NCBI RefSeq assembly: GCF_000018105.1
Contig: NC_009929.1
Span: 180,001 to 212,000, forward strand
Length of the DNA stretch: 32,000 bases
Source: Acaryochloris marina MBIC11017
Lineage (GTDB): Bacteria; Cyanobacteriota; Cyanobacteriia; Thermosynechococcales; Thermosynechococcaceae
Direction of reading: 5' to 3'
How positions within the stretch are numbered: position 1 is the stretch's first letter; each line of letters opens with the position of its first letter. The translations under genes and the position numbers were made by a program. The notes below the pieces were generated by a model. That model was not told where the DNA came from. It worked only from the letters and a program-made list of their open reading frames with translations, and searched no databases. Of the stretch, positions 18,250-25,960 are shown piece after piece.

Positions 18250-18939
18250 ATGTACAATCGATTGCTGGCTTGGGGGATGGCGAGAGCCAATACCGTTCCC
18301 GAAGAAAACATCAAGCTAAATGAATGTCAGCAGTTTGCAACCATGGCTCAACTAAAACACTGGCTGTTTGCTGATCTCCACGGTACTGTTTTAGAACTGG
18401 GTCCAGGGGCAGGGATTAATTTGTCCTACTATCCTCCAGACATTAATTGGATTGGAATTGAACTGAATCCATTTCTGCATCCGTATATTAGGCAAGAGGC
18501 TGACCGCCAGGGATTGTCATCGATTAACGTGTTTAAGGGAACTGCTGAGCAATTGCCCGTAGCTGACAATAGTATTGATACTGTCGTGAGTACCTATGTT
18601 TTGTGTTCAGTCACACAACTTGAGGAATGCCTATCTGAAATTCAACGTGTTCTGAAACCTGGCGGTCTGTTTGTCTTTCTAGAACATGTTGCAGCGAAAC
18701 CGATGACTTTGGAGCGTAGAATCCAAGAAGCTGTTAAACCTTTATGGAAAACCCTTTTGCATAATTGTCATCCAAATCGTGAGACCTGGAAAACTTTAGA
18801 AAAGGCTGGTTTTGAATGGGTGCATTATCAGCACTTTCGGCTGTCGTTACCCGTGGTTAGCCCCCAAATTGTGGGAAAGGCCAGAAAATCGTTAGAAACT
18901 ACTCTCCCAAAGGCATTAGCGCTAACTTCTGGCAATTAA
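18250..18939 (+). CDS. Class I SAM-dependent methyltransferase
   Basis: 229 aa. Motif I VLELGPGAGINL, then DTVVSTYVLCSV and LKPGGLFVFLEH, a typical Methyltransf_11-like layout. Confidence 0.8.
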   Translation: MYNRLLAWGMARANTVPEENIKLNECQQFATMAQLKHWLFADLHGTVLELGPGAGINLSYYPPDINWIGIELNPFLHPYIRQEADRQGLSSINVFKGTAEQLPVADNSIDTVVSTYVLCSVTQLEECLSEIQRVLKPGGLFVFLEHVAAKPMTLERRIQEAVKPLWKTLLHNCHPNRETWKTLEKAGFEWVHYQHFRLSLPVVSPQIVGKARKSLETTLPKALALTSGN

Positions 18940-19106
18940 TTCTTGTAGACTTCGGAGCACAATAGCTGTACAGGATCATCTCAACGAGTTTGATAGTCTA
19001 AGATTCAGGTTCGAGTGGCTCAATCAGATAATCCTCAACGTTATGCTAGAGAGGAGCCGAGACCTAGCATTCGCAACGTCTTCCACTTGAATATAGCGTT
19101 TTCAGA

Positions 19107-19916
19107 TTGGATCAAGGATTAGTTGGATTGTTACCTAAAATGTTTCGTTTAAATACTGCTGAGCAGGTTCTCATAGAGAATCATCAGTTTTCACTAATGG
19201 TTATAGATCAGGCTTCTCTGCGGATCTTGAACTGGAACATTGCTAAGAATAACCATCGTCATGAATGGCTGCAAGATTTTTCTAAACTTGTGGAATGGTA
19301 TCCCCCAGATCTAATCTTCTTGCAGGAATTCCGATTCGATTCCACCCTCAAAAAGCCGTTTTACTGTGATGCGATGAGTTGGCAATTCGCCCCAAATATG
19401 AGCAACCCATATACTGATCAACATTTTGGAGTTCTGACTGCTTCAAAAGTTAAACATCAGTCTGGGAAGTCATTTTTAACTCAAGCTTGCGAGCCTTTTC
19501 TCAACACCCCCAAAGTATCCCTCATTACGGAATATTCTTTAGCTGGCTCAAAACAGACTTTATTGGCCGTGAATATTCATGGGATCAATTTTGTCAGTAC
19601 TCGAAAATTTCAATCACAATTGCAACAACTGGAAGCACAACTGACGATTCATCCAGGACCAATCATTCTATCAGGGGATTTCAATACTTGGAACGAATAT
19701 CGGATGAAGGTTCTACAGACAATGGTCCGTCGACTCGATTTAAGACAAGTGACATTTTCTTCTGCCCACTACAAAAATTTGAAACAATTTTTTGACTATC
19801 CTTTGGACCATATTTTCTATCGTGGCTTCACACAATGTCTAGGGAGTGAAATAGTGTTGGGAGAATTATCTTCTTCAGATCACAGCCCCCTGGTCGTCGA
19901 ATTGATGCTTCACTAA
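19107..19916 (+). CDS. Endonuclease/exonuclease/phosphatase (EEP) family protein
   Basis: LRILNWNIAK..., LIFLQEF, GDFNTW and SDHSPLVVEL are EEP hallmarks. The ORF starts with TTG at 19107; ATG 19140 (MFRLNT) is an alternative. Confidence 0.75.
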   Translation: MDQGLVGLLPKMFRLNTAEQVLIENHQFSLMVIDQASLRILNWNIAKNNHRHEWLQDFSKLVEWYPPDLIFLQEFRFDSTLKKPFYCDAMSWQFAPNMSNPYTDQHFGVLTASKVKHQSGKSFLTQACEPFLNTPKVSLITEYSLAGSKQTLLAVNIHGINFVSTRKFQSQLQQLEAQLTIHPGPIILSGDFNTWNEYRMKVLQTMVRRLDLRQVTFSSAHYKNLKQFFDYPLDHIFYRGFTQCLGSEIVLGELSSSDHSPLVVELMLH

Positions 19917-19947
19917 TCGCTATAATTGGCCGATAATTTCCCTACTA

Positions 19948-21420
19948 ATGACCTTCATCGCCATAGAGCACCCCAATCATTTTCTCTCTGCTCACGGTAT
20001 GACGGTCCCTAGTGTACTGTTGCTATTGGTTTACGCCTTAGGTGTATTGAACGCAGCTCATGCAGTCATGAATGTGCGATCTTCACAAAGTGCGATCGCA
20101 TGGAGTTTGTCTCTCATTACCTTCCCAGGGATTGCTCTACCCCTATATTGGATCTTGGGACGAGTAGAATTCCACGGATATACCCAGGCTTATCATCAAG
20201 CTTACGCTCAAAATCACGATCTTGCCCATAACACCTATTTAGAAATCCTGTCCTATAAGGCAGTTCTTCCTACACAACTTGCCTCCCTTCAGAGGGTAGC
20301 AGGAGCATTAACTGAATTTCCGTTTACCCATAGTAATTCGGTTCAGTTGCTGATTAATGCAGAGCAAACTTACTCAGCGATGCAAGAAGCGATCTTAAAT
20401 TCTAAGGAATATATTCTGCTCCAATCGTACATTCTCAATGATGATCACGTCGGGGACATTTTTCAAAAAATCTTGATGCAAAAGGCTCAAGAGGGGATTC
20501 GTATTTATATCCTGTATGACGAAATTGGCTCTAAAAACTTGTCAAAAAACTACATCAACGTCCTGCAGAAAGGAGGAATTCAAGTCTCAGCTTTTAATAG
20601 TGCTCAAGGATGGGGGAATCAATTTCAACTCAACTTCCGCAATCATCGAAAGATCCTGGTAGTGGACGGTCAAGTTGCTTTTGTGGGTGGCATTAACATT
20701 GGGGATGAGTATTTGGGACAAAATGCTCATGTTGGTCTTTGGCGGGATACTCATCTGAAGGTGAAAGGTCCAGCAGTCCAGTGTTTACAACTTCCCTTTC
20801 TCAAAGATTGGTTTTGGGCCGTTAGGGAAATTCCTGAAGCATGCTGGGAAGTTCACCCTGACCGAGGAAAGAACCAAACGGTGTTCATTTTTTCACCCGG
20901 TCCTACCGATCCTCAAAATGATTGCACCCTCTTTTTTGGCAGTATCATCAACCTCGCCCAACATCGCTTGTGGATCGCAAGCCCCTATTTTGTTCCAGAT
21001 GACCCCGTACTCACGTCATTAAAAATGGCTGCCTTGAGAGGGGTGGATGTACGTATTCTCTTACCTGATCGACCAGACCATTGGCTTGTGTATCTTTGTT
21101 CTTATTCTTACTACACCGAAATGGATGCTACAGGCATTAAACTGTATCGCTATAACCATGGATTTATGCATCAAAAGGTGATGTTGGTGGATGGTTGCCT
21201 CGCAGGAGTGGGAACAGTCAATCTAGACAATCGGTCTTTTCATCTCAATTTTGAGGTCATGACCTTTGTTAGCGATGTTGAGTTCGCTCGCAACGTTGAA
21301 CAGATGTTATGTGATGATTTTGAGCATTCGATGGAGATTAATCTGTCTGAATATGAGCTAAAACCTAACTGGTTCAAGCTGATTGTCAGAGTGTCACGAT
21401 TGTTGGCCCCCTTGCAATAG
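19948..21420 (+). CDS. cls: Cardiolipin synthase (phospholipase D superfamily, two HKD motifs)
   Basis: 490 aa with two N-terminal TM helices. HKD motifs: HRKILVVDGQVAFVGGINIGDEY and HQKVMLVDGCLAGVGTVNLDNRS. Confidence 0.9.
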   Translation: MTFIAIEHPNHFLSAHGMTVPSVLLLLVYALGVLNAAHAVMNVRSSQSAIAWSLSLITFPGIALPLYWILGRVEFHGYTQAYHQAYAQNHDLAHNTYLEILSYKAVLPTQLASLQRVAGALTEFPFTHSNSVQLLINAEQTYSAMQEAILNSKEYILLQSYILNDDHVGDIFQKILMQKAQEGIRIYILYDEIGSKNLSKNYINVLQKGGIQVSAFNSAQGWGNQFQLNFRNHRKILVVDGQVAFVGGINIGDEYLGQNAHVGLWRDTHLKVKGPAVQCLQLPFLKDWFWAVREIPEACWEVHPDRGKNQTVFIFSPGPTDPQNDCTLFFGSIINLAQHRLWIASPYFVPDDPVLTSLKMAALRGVDVRILLPDRPDHWLVYLCSYSYYTEMDATGIKLYRYNHGFMHQKVMLVDGCLAGVGTVNLDNRSFHLNFEVMTFVSDVEFARNVEQMLCDDFEHSMEINLSEYELKPNWFKLIVRVSRLLAPLQ

Positions 21421-21668
21421 CCGATGTTTTATCCACTCCCTATGTAAAGGTACGAATCCATTCCTTGGTCTTTCCAAAAAAAAGATGGATTTCAACGTCC
21501 ACAAGTGATTCTTGATGGGAATTTAATGAGAGAGTAGTCCTGTTAATAGCAGCGGGATTAAAAATAGCAGCACACAAACCCATAGGAGAGTAGCTGGATC
21601 AACATTAAGGGTGATGGGTGGCTTCGGTTGATTTTTCATTGTTCATTGTCCTTCTGAAATTCATCAGC

Positions 21669-22748
21669 TTAAGTGACTGCAGCGATCGTTGTGGGCATAG
21701 GGGGCTTGATATGATCCCCAGATCTAGCCCGGTATAGATCTGCCAATCGTTGTTCATGATTGGCTAGATCATGTTCCACTTCTTCTAAAATTGATACGGT
21801 TTGAGGGTCAGTCAGTTGATTACATAAGTGATGAACATCAATCACCCCAGTTTGAATATCGCCAAGGGCACGCCGTAAAATCGATGTATCATTACTCGAT
21901 TGCAGCCAACTTTGCAGAGCGGCATAAGCTTCACTACCCACGGCCCGCCAAGTGGCCCGTTCTCCAAACACATCATAAAGGTGAGCTTCTAGCCGCTCCA
22001 CATGATAGTGCTTAGTTGAACTAATACCCTGTAAGAACAATCGCAAATCTTGATGGGAAACGCGATGACTATACTGCCTAAAAGCTTCTAGGGTATACCG
22101 TTCCCCGACAATGGTTGTATTGAGGGCTTTAACAATCTCCTGTTTACTAGAGCCACCCCAGGCTTCCCCTAACTTCCACCAATTAAAGGTGGAGTCAGTA
22201 AACTCTGGCAGCCTAGTTCCTTTAATCGTCAAGTTTAGACACTTGAGTAGCATGGTGGTGAACATTGGCAGATCGCTAGGTTGTCTGGCTGTGATCAGAT
22301 TTCCGTCAACGACAACAGGTTCATTGACGTATATTGCACCAGCATTTAGGAGATCTTTATGAATCGATCGAGCACTCGTTGTATGCTTATCGCGAAGTCG
22401 GTCTGCTTCGATCAGTATCTGAGGACCATAGCCCACAGCCGCTACCCAGATACCCTGGTCTATTGATTGAGAAACCAACCGGACCATATTAGGGTTGGCA
22501 CGAATGTGGCCCCCAGGAATAACGATGGCATCAAAATCCCCAGCCCTCACCTCAGTTGACGTAGCAATCGGTTTGACTGTAACCGAACCCTGTTTGTCTT
22601 GGTACCCCTCATTCATGCGGGAACCGATAACCGAGACAGTACCCCCTGCTTTTCGCAATGCAGTACTTGGAACTTGATATGCAGAGCCTTCAAACTGGTT
22701 CTCCAGTAAAATAGCAATTCGTTTTCTCGGCGTTGGATGTTGTGACAT
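21669..22748 (-). CDS. DJ-1/PfpI-fold domain (catalytic Cys-His replaced) fused to a C-terminal all-helical, possibly ferritin-like domain
   Basis: The N-terminal 190 aa align by eye to PfpI: DFDAIVIPGG...VAAVGYGPQILIEA versus PfpI VASICHGPQILISA. The C-terminal ~170 aa are helical with His/Glu-rich repeats. AGAGG lies upstream of the ATG. Confidence 0.7.
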   Translation of the reverse strand: MSQHPTPRKRIAILLENQFEGSAYQVPSTALRKAGGTVSVIGSRMNEGYQDKQGSVTVKPIATSTEVRAGDFDAIVIPGGHIRANPNMVRLVSQSIDQGIWVAAVGYGPQILIEADRLRDKHTTSARSIHKDLLNAGAIYVNEPVVVDGNLITARQPSDLPMFTTMLLKCLNLTIKGTRLPEFTDSTFNWWKLGEAWGGSSKQEIVKALNTTIVGERYTLEAFRQYSHRVSHQDLRLFLQGISSTKHYHVERLEAHLYDVFGERATWRAVGSEAYAALQSWLQSSNDTSILRRALGDIQTGVIDVHHLCNQLTDPQTVSILEEVEHDLANHEQRLADLYRARSGDHIKPPMPTTIAAVT

Positions 22749-22778
22749 GAGAGTAACCTCTGATTCGCCATTTGATAA

Positions 22779-23129
22779 CTAACTCAAACGCAAGATCGTC
22801 TGAGTACCGTTGTGATCCACAATATCTATTGCAACTACTTGTCCAGAGATATCTTTGGCAACCCATACGGCCTTGGGCGCATTGACTGTATGTGCATAGT
22901 TCACCTGATCACCTCCAATCGCAATCATCAAATCGTTCCCCTTCGCGGGTGGATCGTAAGTGATGGACGCTAAGGGTGACTGTTGAACGAGATTTTCATC
23001 TCCAATGTCTTCGTCAGTCACTTCAATTGCAAGGGAACATCCCTTATAATTCTTTGTAAGGTGATCAAAAAAAGCTAACCACTGCTCTTGAGGGATTTGC
23101 TGGGTTTCTTGAATCGTTTGTTCAGTCAT
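22779..23129 (-). CDS. Small conserved protein, DUF5335-like
   Basis: 116 aa: WLAFFDHLTKNYKGCSLAIEV...PLASITYDP...IAIG...HTVNAPKAVWV. Assignment is from recall only. GGGAG lies 8 nt upstream of the ATG. Confidence 0.5.
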   Translation of the reverse strand: MTEQTIQETQQIPQEQWLAFFDHLTKNYKGCSLAIEVTDEDIGDENLVQQSPLASITYDPPAKGNDLMIAIGGDQVNYAHTVNAPKAVWVAKDISGQVVAIDIVDHNGTQTILRLS

Positions 23130-23442
23130 AAACCGCTCCCTAGGAGTCTAAAGCTCCCCACCATCAAGAACTACCTTTCAACTTAGAAAATAAAATTGAG
23201 AAATTTGTGAAGGCATTGCCAGAGACCAAACGCTGCCCGGTATGTGTTCACAGATATTTCAATGCTGGGACTATATCCTTGCCCCAATCCCATAAGCCAT
23301 TCATTGAACAAGGGGGCTCTGAATATTACTAGTGAAATCCCCTTGAAAGCATTAGCAGTAACCCCAAAAGTGCTTACCTCATAAGTTCTTCAATATTTGT
23401 CTTTACTGTTCCAGGTGTCTGGCTCATCTGAAGAACATTTGA

Positions 23443-23715
23443 GGGGACTCGATAACTGCAGATTACTTAACCGCCGGAAATGGCTTATCTTCTCTATTGT
23501 TCGCAGTATTGATGGCTAACGCTGGCAAAAAAGTCAGAATCTTAGAATCTCAAGAGCACCACACTTCACTGTATACGGTCGAGTCATTTCACTATCGTGA
23601 TGAAGTGGTGGAGAGCAATGGAGAGAACAACACTTACCACGTAGGTGCTTATCTAGAAGATGGATTGCACGAAGGGGCAATTACCTCAGCCCTAAGGGTT
23701 GCTCAGCAGATTGGC
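23443..23715 (+). pseudogene. Remnant of an FAD/NAD(P)-dependent amine-oxidase-like oxidoreductase (N- and C-terminal ends only)
   Basis: The frame is open from 23443: DYLTAGNGLSSLLFAVLMANAGKKVRILES, a degenerate GxGxxG-...-E dinucleotide fold. It jumps directly to a C-terminal-type block, YHVGAYLEDGLHEGAITSALRVAQQIG, so the central ~350 aa are missing. Confidence 0.45.
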
Positions 23716-23796
23716 TTGAAGTTGGTTTGCGTCAGTTACAATTTCCTCTCCCTATATTATGTGGATGGGGATAACAATCACACCCCCCATGTCTCT

Positions 23797-24651
23797 ATGT
23801 TGTTGAAAGCTAACGGCCATGCTGCTCCTCTGGGGTGGTCCCTCGAATATCGTGATCCGAAGGTGATCGAACAATTGATGCCACTTTTGAGCTGGCTATA
23901 TCATCATTACTTCCATGTCCAAACCAGTGGTTGGCACCATGTCCCATCCGATGCCCCCATTTTGATGGTTGGTTCCCATAACGGTGGACTGTCTGCACCT
24001 GATATGTATATGAGCATGTATGACTGGTGTAGACAGTTTGGGGCTGAACGGCCTATTTATGGACTGCTACATCCTGGGATTTGGCAGGCGTTTCAGCAAA
24101 CATGTCCTCCTTTAGCCCGACTGGCGGGGCAGATTGGCAGTATTATGGCTCACCCTAAGATGGCGATCAACGCTCTAAGGCAAGGAGCTAGCGTTCTAGT
24201 TTATCCCGGTGGGGCACAGGATGTGTTTCGTCCTTATTGTCAACGCCACCAAATTCATCTGGCTGGGCGCAAGGGGTTTATTAAGTTAGCGTTGGAGGAA
24301 AAAGTTCCAATTGTTCCTTTGATCTCAAATGGTGCTCACGAGACGCTGATTGTGCTAGCTGATTTTTACCAGGCGATCCAGCAGCTTCACGACTGGGGAA
24401 TTCCCTGGCTTGGTGGAATTGATCCAGATGTTTTTCCTGTCTATCTTGGCCTCCCTTGGGGGCTAGCTTTTGGTCCCCTACCCAATATTCCACTACCTGT
24501 TCCCATCCAAACGCAAGTCTGTCCACCGATAGTGTTTGAGCATTATGGGGCAGAAGCAGCGCGCGATCGCACCTACGTAACTGCCTGTTACGAACAGGTC
24601 CAAGCCCAAATGCAACAAGATTTAGATGCATTAGTGGACTCAAATCCATAA
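23797..24651 (+). CDS. Lysophospholipid/glycerolipid acyltransferase-family protein
   Basis: This is part of ORF 23497..24651; ATG 23797 (MLLKANGH...) is the likely start. YFHVQTSGWHHVPSDAPILMVGSHNGGLSAPD, VLVYPGGAQDVFRP and GRKGFIKLALEEKVPIVPLISNGAHE resemble LPLAT/DAGAT-type acyltransferases. Confidence 0.65.
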   Translation: MLLKANGHAAPLGWSLEYRDPKVIEQLMPLLSWLYHHYFHVQTSGWHHVPSDAPILMVGSHNGGLSAPDMYMSMYDWCRQFGAERPIYGLLHPGIWQAFQQTCPPLARLAGQIGSIMAHPKMAINALRQGASVLVYPGGAQDVFRPYCQRHQIHLAGRKGFIKLALEEKVPIVPLISNGAHETLIVLADFYQAIQQLHDWGIPWLGGIDPDVFPVYLGLPWGLAFGPLPNIPLPVPIQTQVCPPIVFEHYGAEAARDRTYVTACYEQVQAQMQQDLDALVDSNP

Positions 24652-24705
24652 TTGTTAGAGTAGAGGCATCTTTGCTAATCCCCAATATATGGGTTGTGCA
24701 GCTCA

Positions 24706-25323
24706 ATGAAGATCCTCTTAGTTCATGGCCTGGGTAGGACACCGATGTCCATGATGGGCCTCGCATATTCTCTCGATCAGTCTGGCTATCAAACAGAATT
24801 TTTTAGCTACACTGCCTTTGCTGAATCTTACGAGCAGATCGTAACGCGTTTACGAAATCGATTCCAGATGTTGTCAAATAAAGGCCCATACGGAATTGTA
24901 GCTCATTCTCTCGGTGGGATATTGACCCGCTCAGCCCTATCTCTATCTAGAAGTTTCCCCCGCCATATTGTGATGCTAGGCACGCCCAATCAACCCCCAC
25001 GCTTAGCAAAAATAGCTTGGAATCTATGGCCCTTCCAATGGTTCTCGGGAACCAGTGGTGCCAATCTCGCCAGCTCAGAATTTTATGCATCTCTGCCCCA
25101 TTTGCACGCCTCCTATACCATCATTGCGGGTACCAGCGGTCCTCGTGGTCCCTGGAGCCCCTTTGGGATGGAGTTGAACGATGGGCTTGTGGCTCTGAAT
25201 GAAACTCGTCTCCTGGAATCCGATCAACCCATAACCTTTCCAGGGATCCATGGCTTTATGATGAATCAAGCAACCGTTCAGACAGCGGTAGCTCAAGTCT
25301 TTCGACACACTTCATCTAAATAA
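24706..25323 (+). CDS. Alpha/beta-fold hydrolase (lipase/esterase-like)
   Basis: MKILLVHGLGRT... with nucleophile elbow AHSLGG. The ORF opens at TTG 24694; ATG 24706 is preferred. Confidence 0.75.
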   Translation: MKILLVHGLGRTPMSMMGLAYSLDQSGYQTEFFSYTAFAESYEQIVTRLRNRFQMLSNKGPYGIVAHSLGGILTRSALSLSRSFPRHIVMLGTPNQPPRLAKIAWNLWPFQWFSGTSGANLASSEFYASLPHLHASYTIIAGTSGPRGPWSPFGMELNDGLVALNETRLLESDQPITFPGIHGFMMNQATVQTAVAQVFRHTSSK

Positions 25324-25347
25324 ATAATGGCCATGGCCCTAGACAGT

Positions 25348-25752
25348 TTAGGGATTTGGGTTAGGGACTTTTGGAGAGCGATTTATTCGCTGAGTTGTAA
25401 TCCAGTGGTAAAACAATGATCCAAACATGAGCGAAATGATAAACAAGAATGGATTCCAAATTCCTAAAACTAAGGCGACTAGACCAGGACCAGGGCAGTA
25501 ACCTGCCATTCCCCAACCAATGCCAAAGATAGCTGAGCCGATAAGTAACTGCAAATCGATAGCTTGTTTACTGATACCTCCCCACACGTAAAGGCGGGGG
25601 GTTCTATTGTCCTTTGCAGCTCTCTCTAGCTCTCGGTTATGACCTATAACATCTAGAGTCTTACTGCTTGAAGTAGAACTACTTCGAGCGATCCTCTCTG
25701 AGGCTAAATTAACCTTGTAAACCCGTGGGTGTGGGTTGGGGAGCCAAAACAT
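25348..25752 (-). CDS. YeeE/YedE-family membrane protein, C-terminal half only behind a non-homologous leader (probable remnant)
   Basis: The C-terminal ...LLIGSAIFGIGWGMAGYCPGPGLVALVLG... is the conserved end of the second member of YeeE/YedE gene pairs. The first ~65 aa are hydrophilic and unlike the family. Confidence 0.5.
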   Translation of the reverse strand: MFWLPNPHPRVYKVNLASERIARSSSTSSSKTLDVIGHNRELERAAKDNRTPRLYVWGGISKQAIDLQLLIGSAIFGIGWGMAGYCPGPGLVALVLGIWNPFLFIISLMFGSLFYHWITTQRINRSPKVPNPNP

Positions 25753-25948
25753 ATTCGTAAAGAGCCCCCCCGATAAATAGTCCTAAGATAAAGGTCCAAC
25801 GCCAGCGTTCGTGGGGAGTAAGCTTGATCGCACCGTTAACCATACCGCTCACACCAGCAATGCGACCATTGAAGAGTAGAAAGATTGCCGCACTGAGACC
25901 GATTAGGATACCTCCTAACAAAGCCCTAACCCAGTAAAAGGTACCCAT
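25709..25948 (-). CDS. YeeE/YedE-family sulfur-transport membrane protein, N-terminal half only (probable remnant)
   Basis: ALLGGILIGLSAAIFLLFNGRIAGVSGMVNGA...WRWTFILGLFIGGALYEYVLAPQPTP matches the first two helices of small YeeE/YedE proteins. The ORF stops before the expected GCTSGHG-type motif. Confidence 0.55.
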   Translation of the reverse strand: MGTFYWVRALLGGILIGLSAAIFLLFNGRIAGVSGMVNGAIKLTPHERWRWTFILGLFIGGALYEYVLAPQPTPTGLQG

Positions 25949-25960
25949 TTTTCTCCTTAT

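Noticed and set aside
21421-21668. Mini-ORFs of 13-19 aa and a weak hairpin (AATCCAT...ATGGATT) in the convergent cls/DJ-1 intergenic region
   Set aside because: The peptides have no SD or conservation evidence. The hairpin has a 24-nt loop and no U-tract, so terminator or sORF calls are not supportable.
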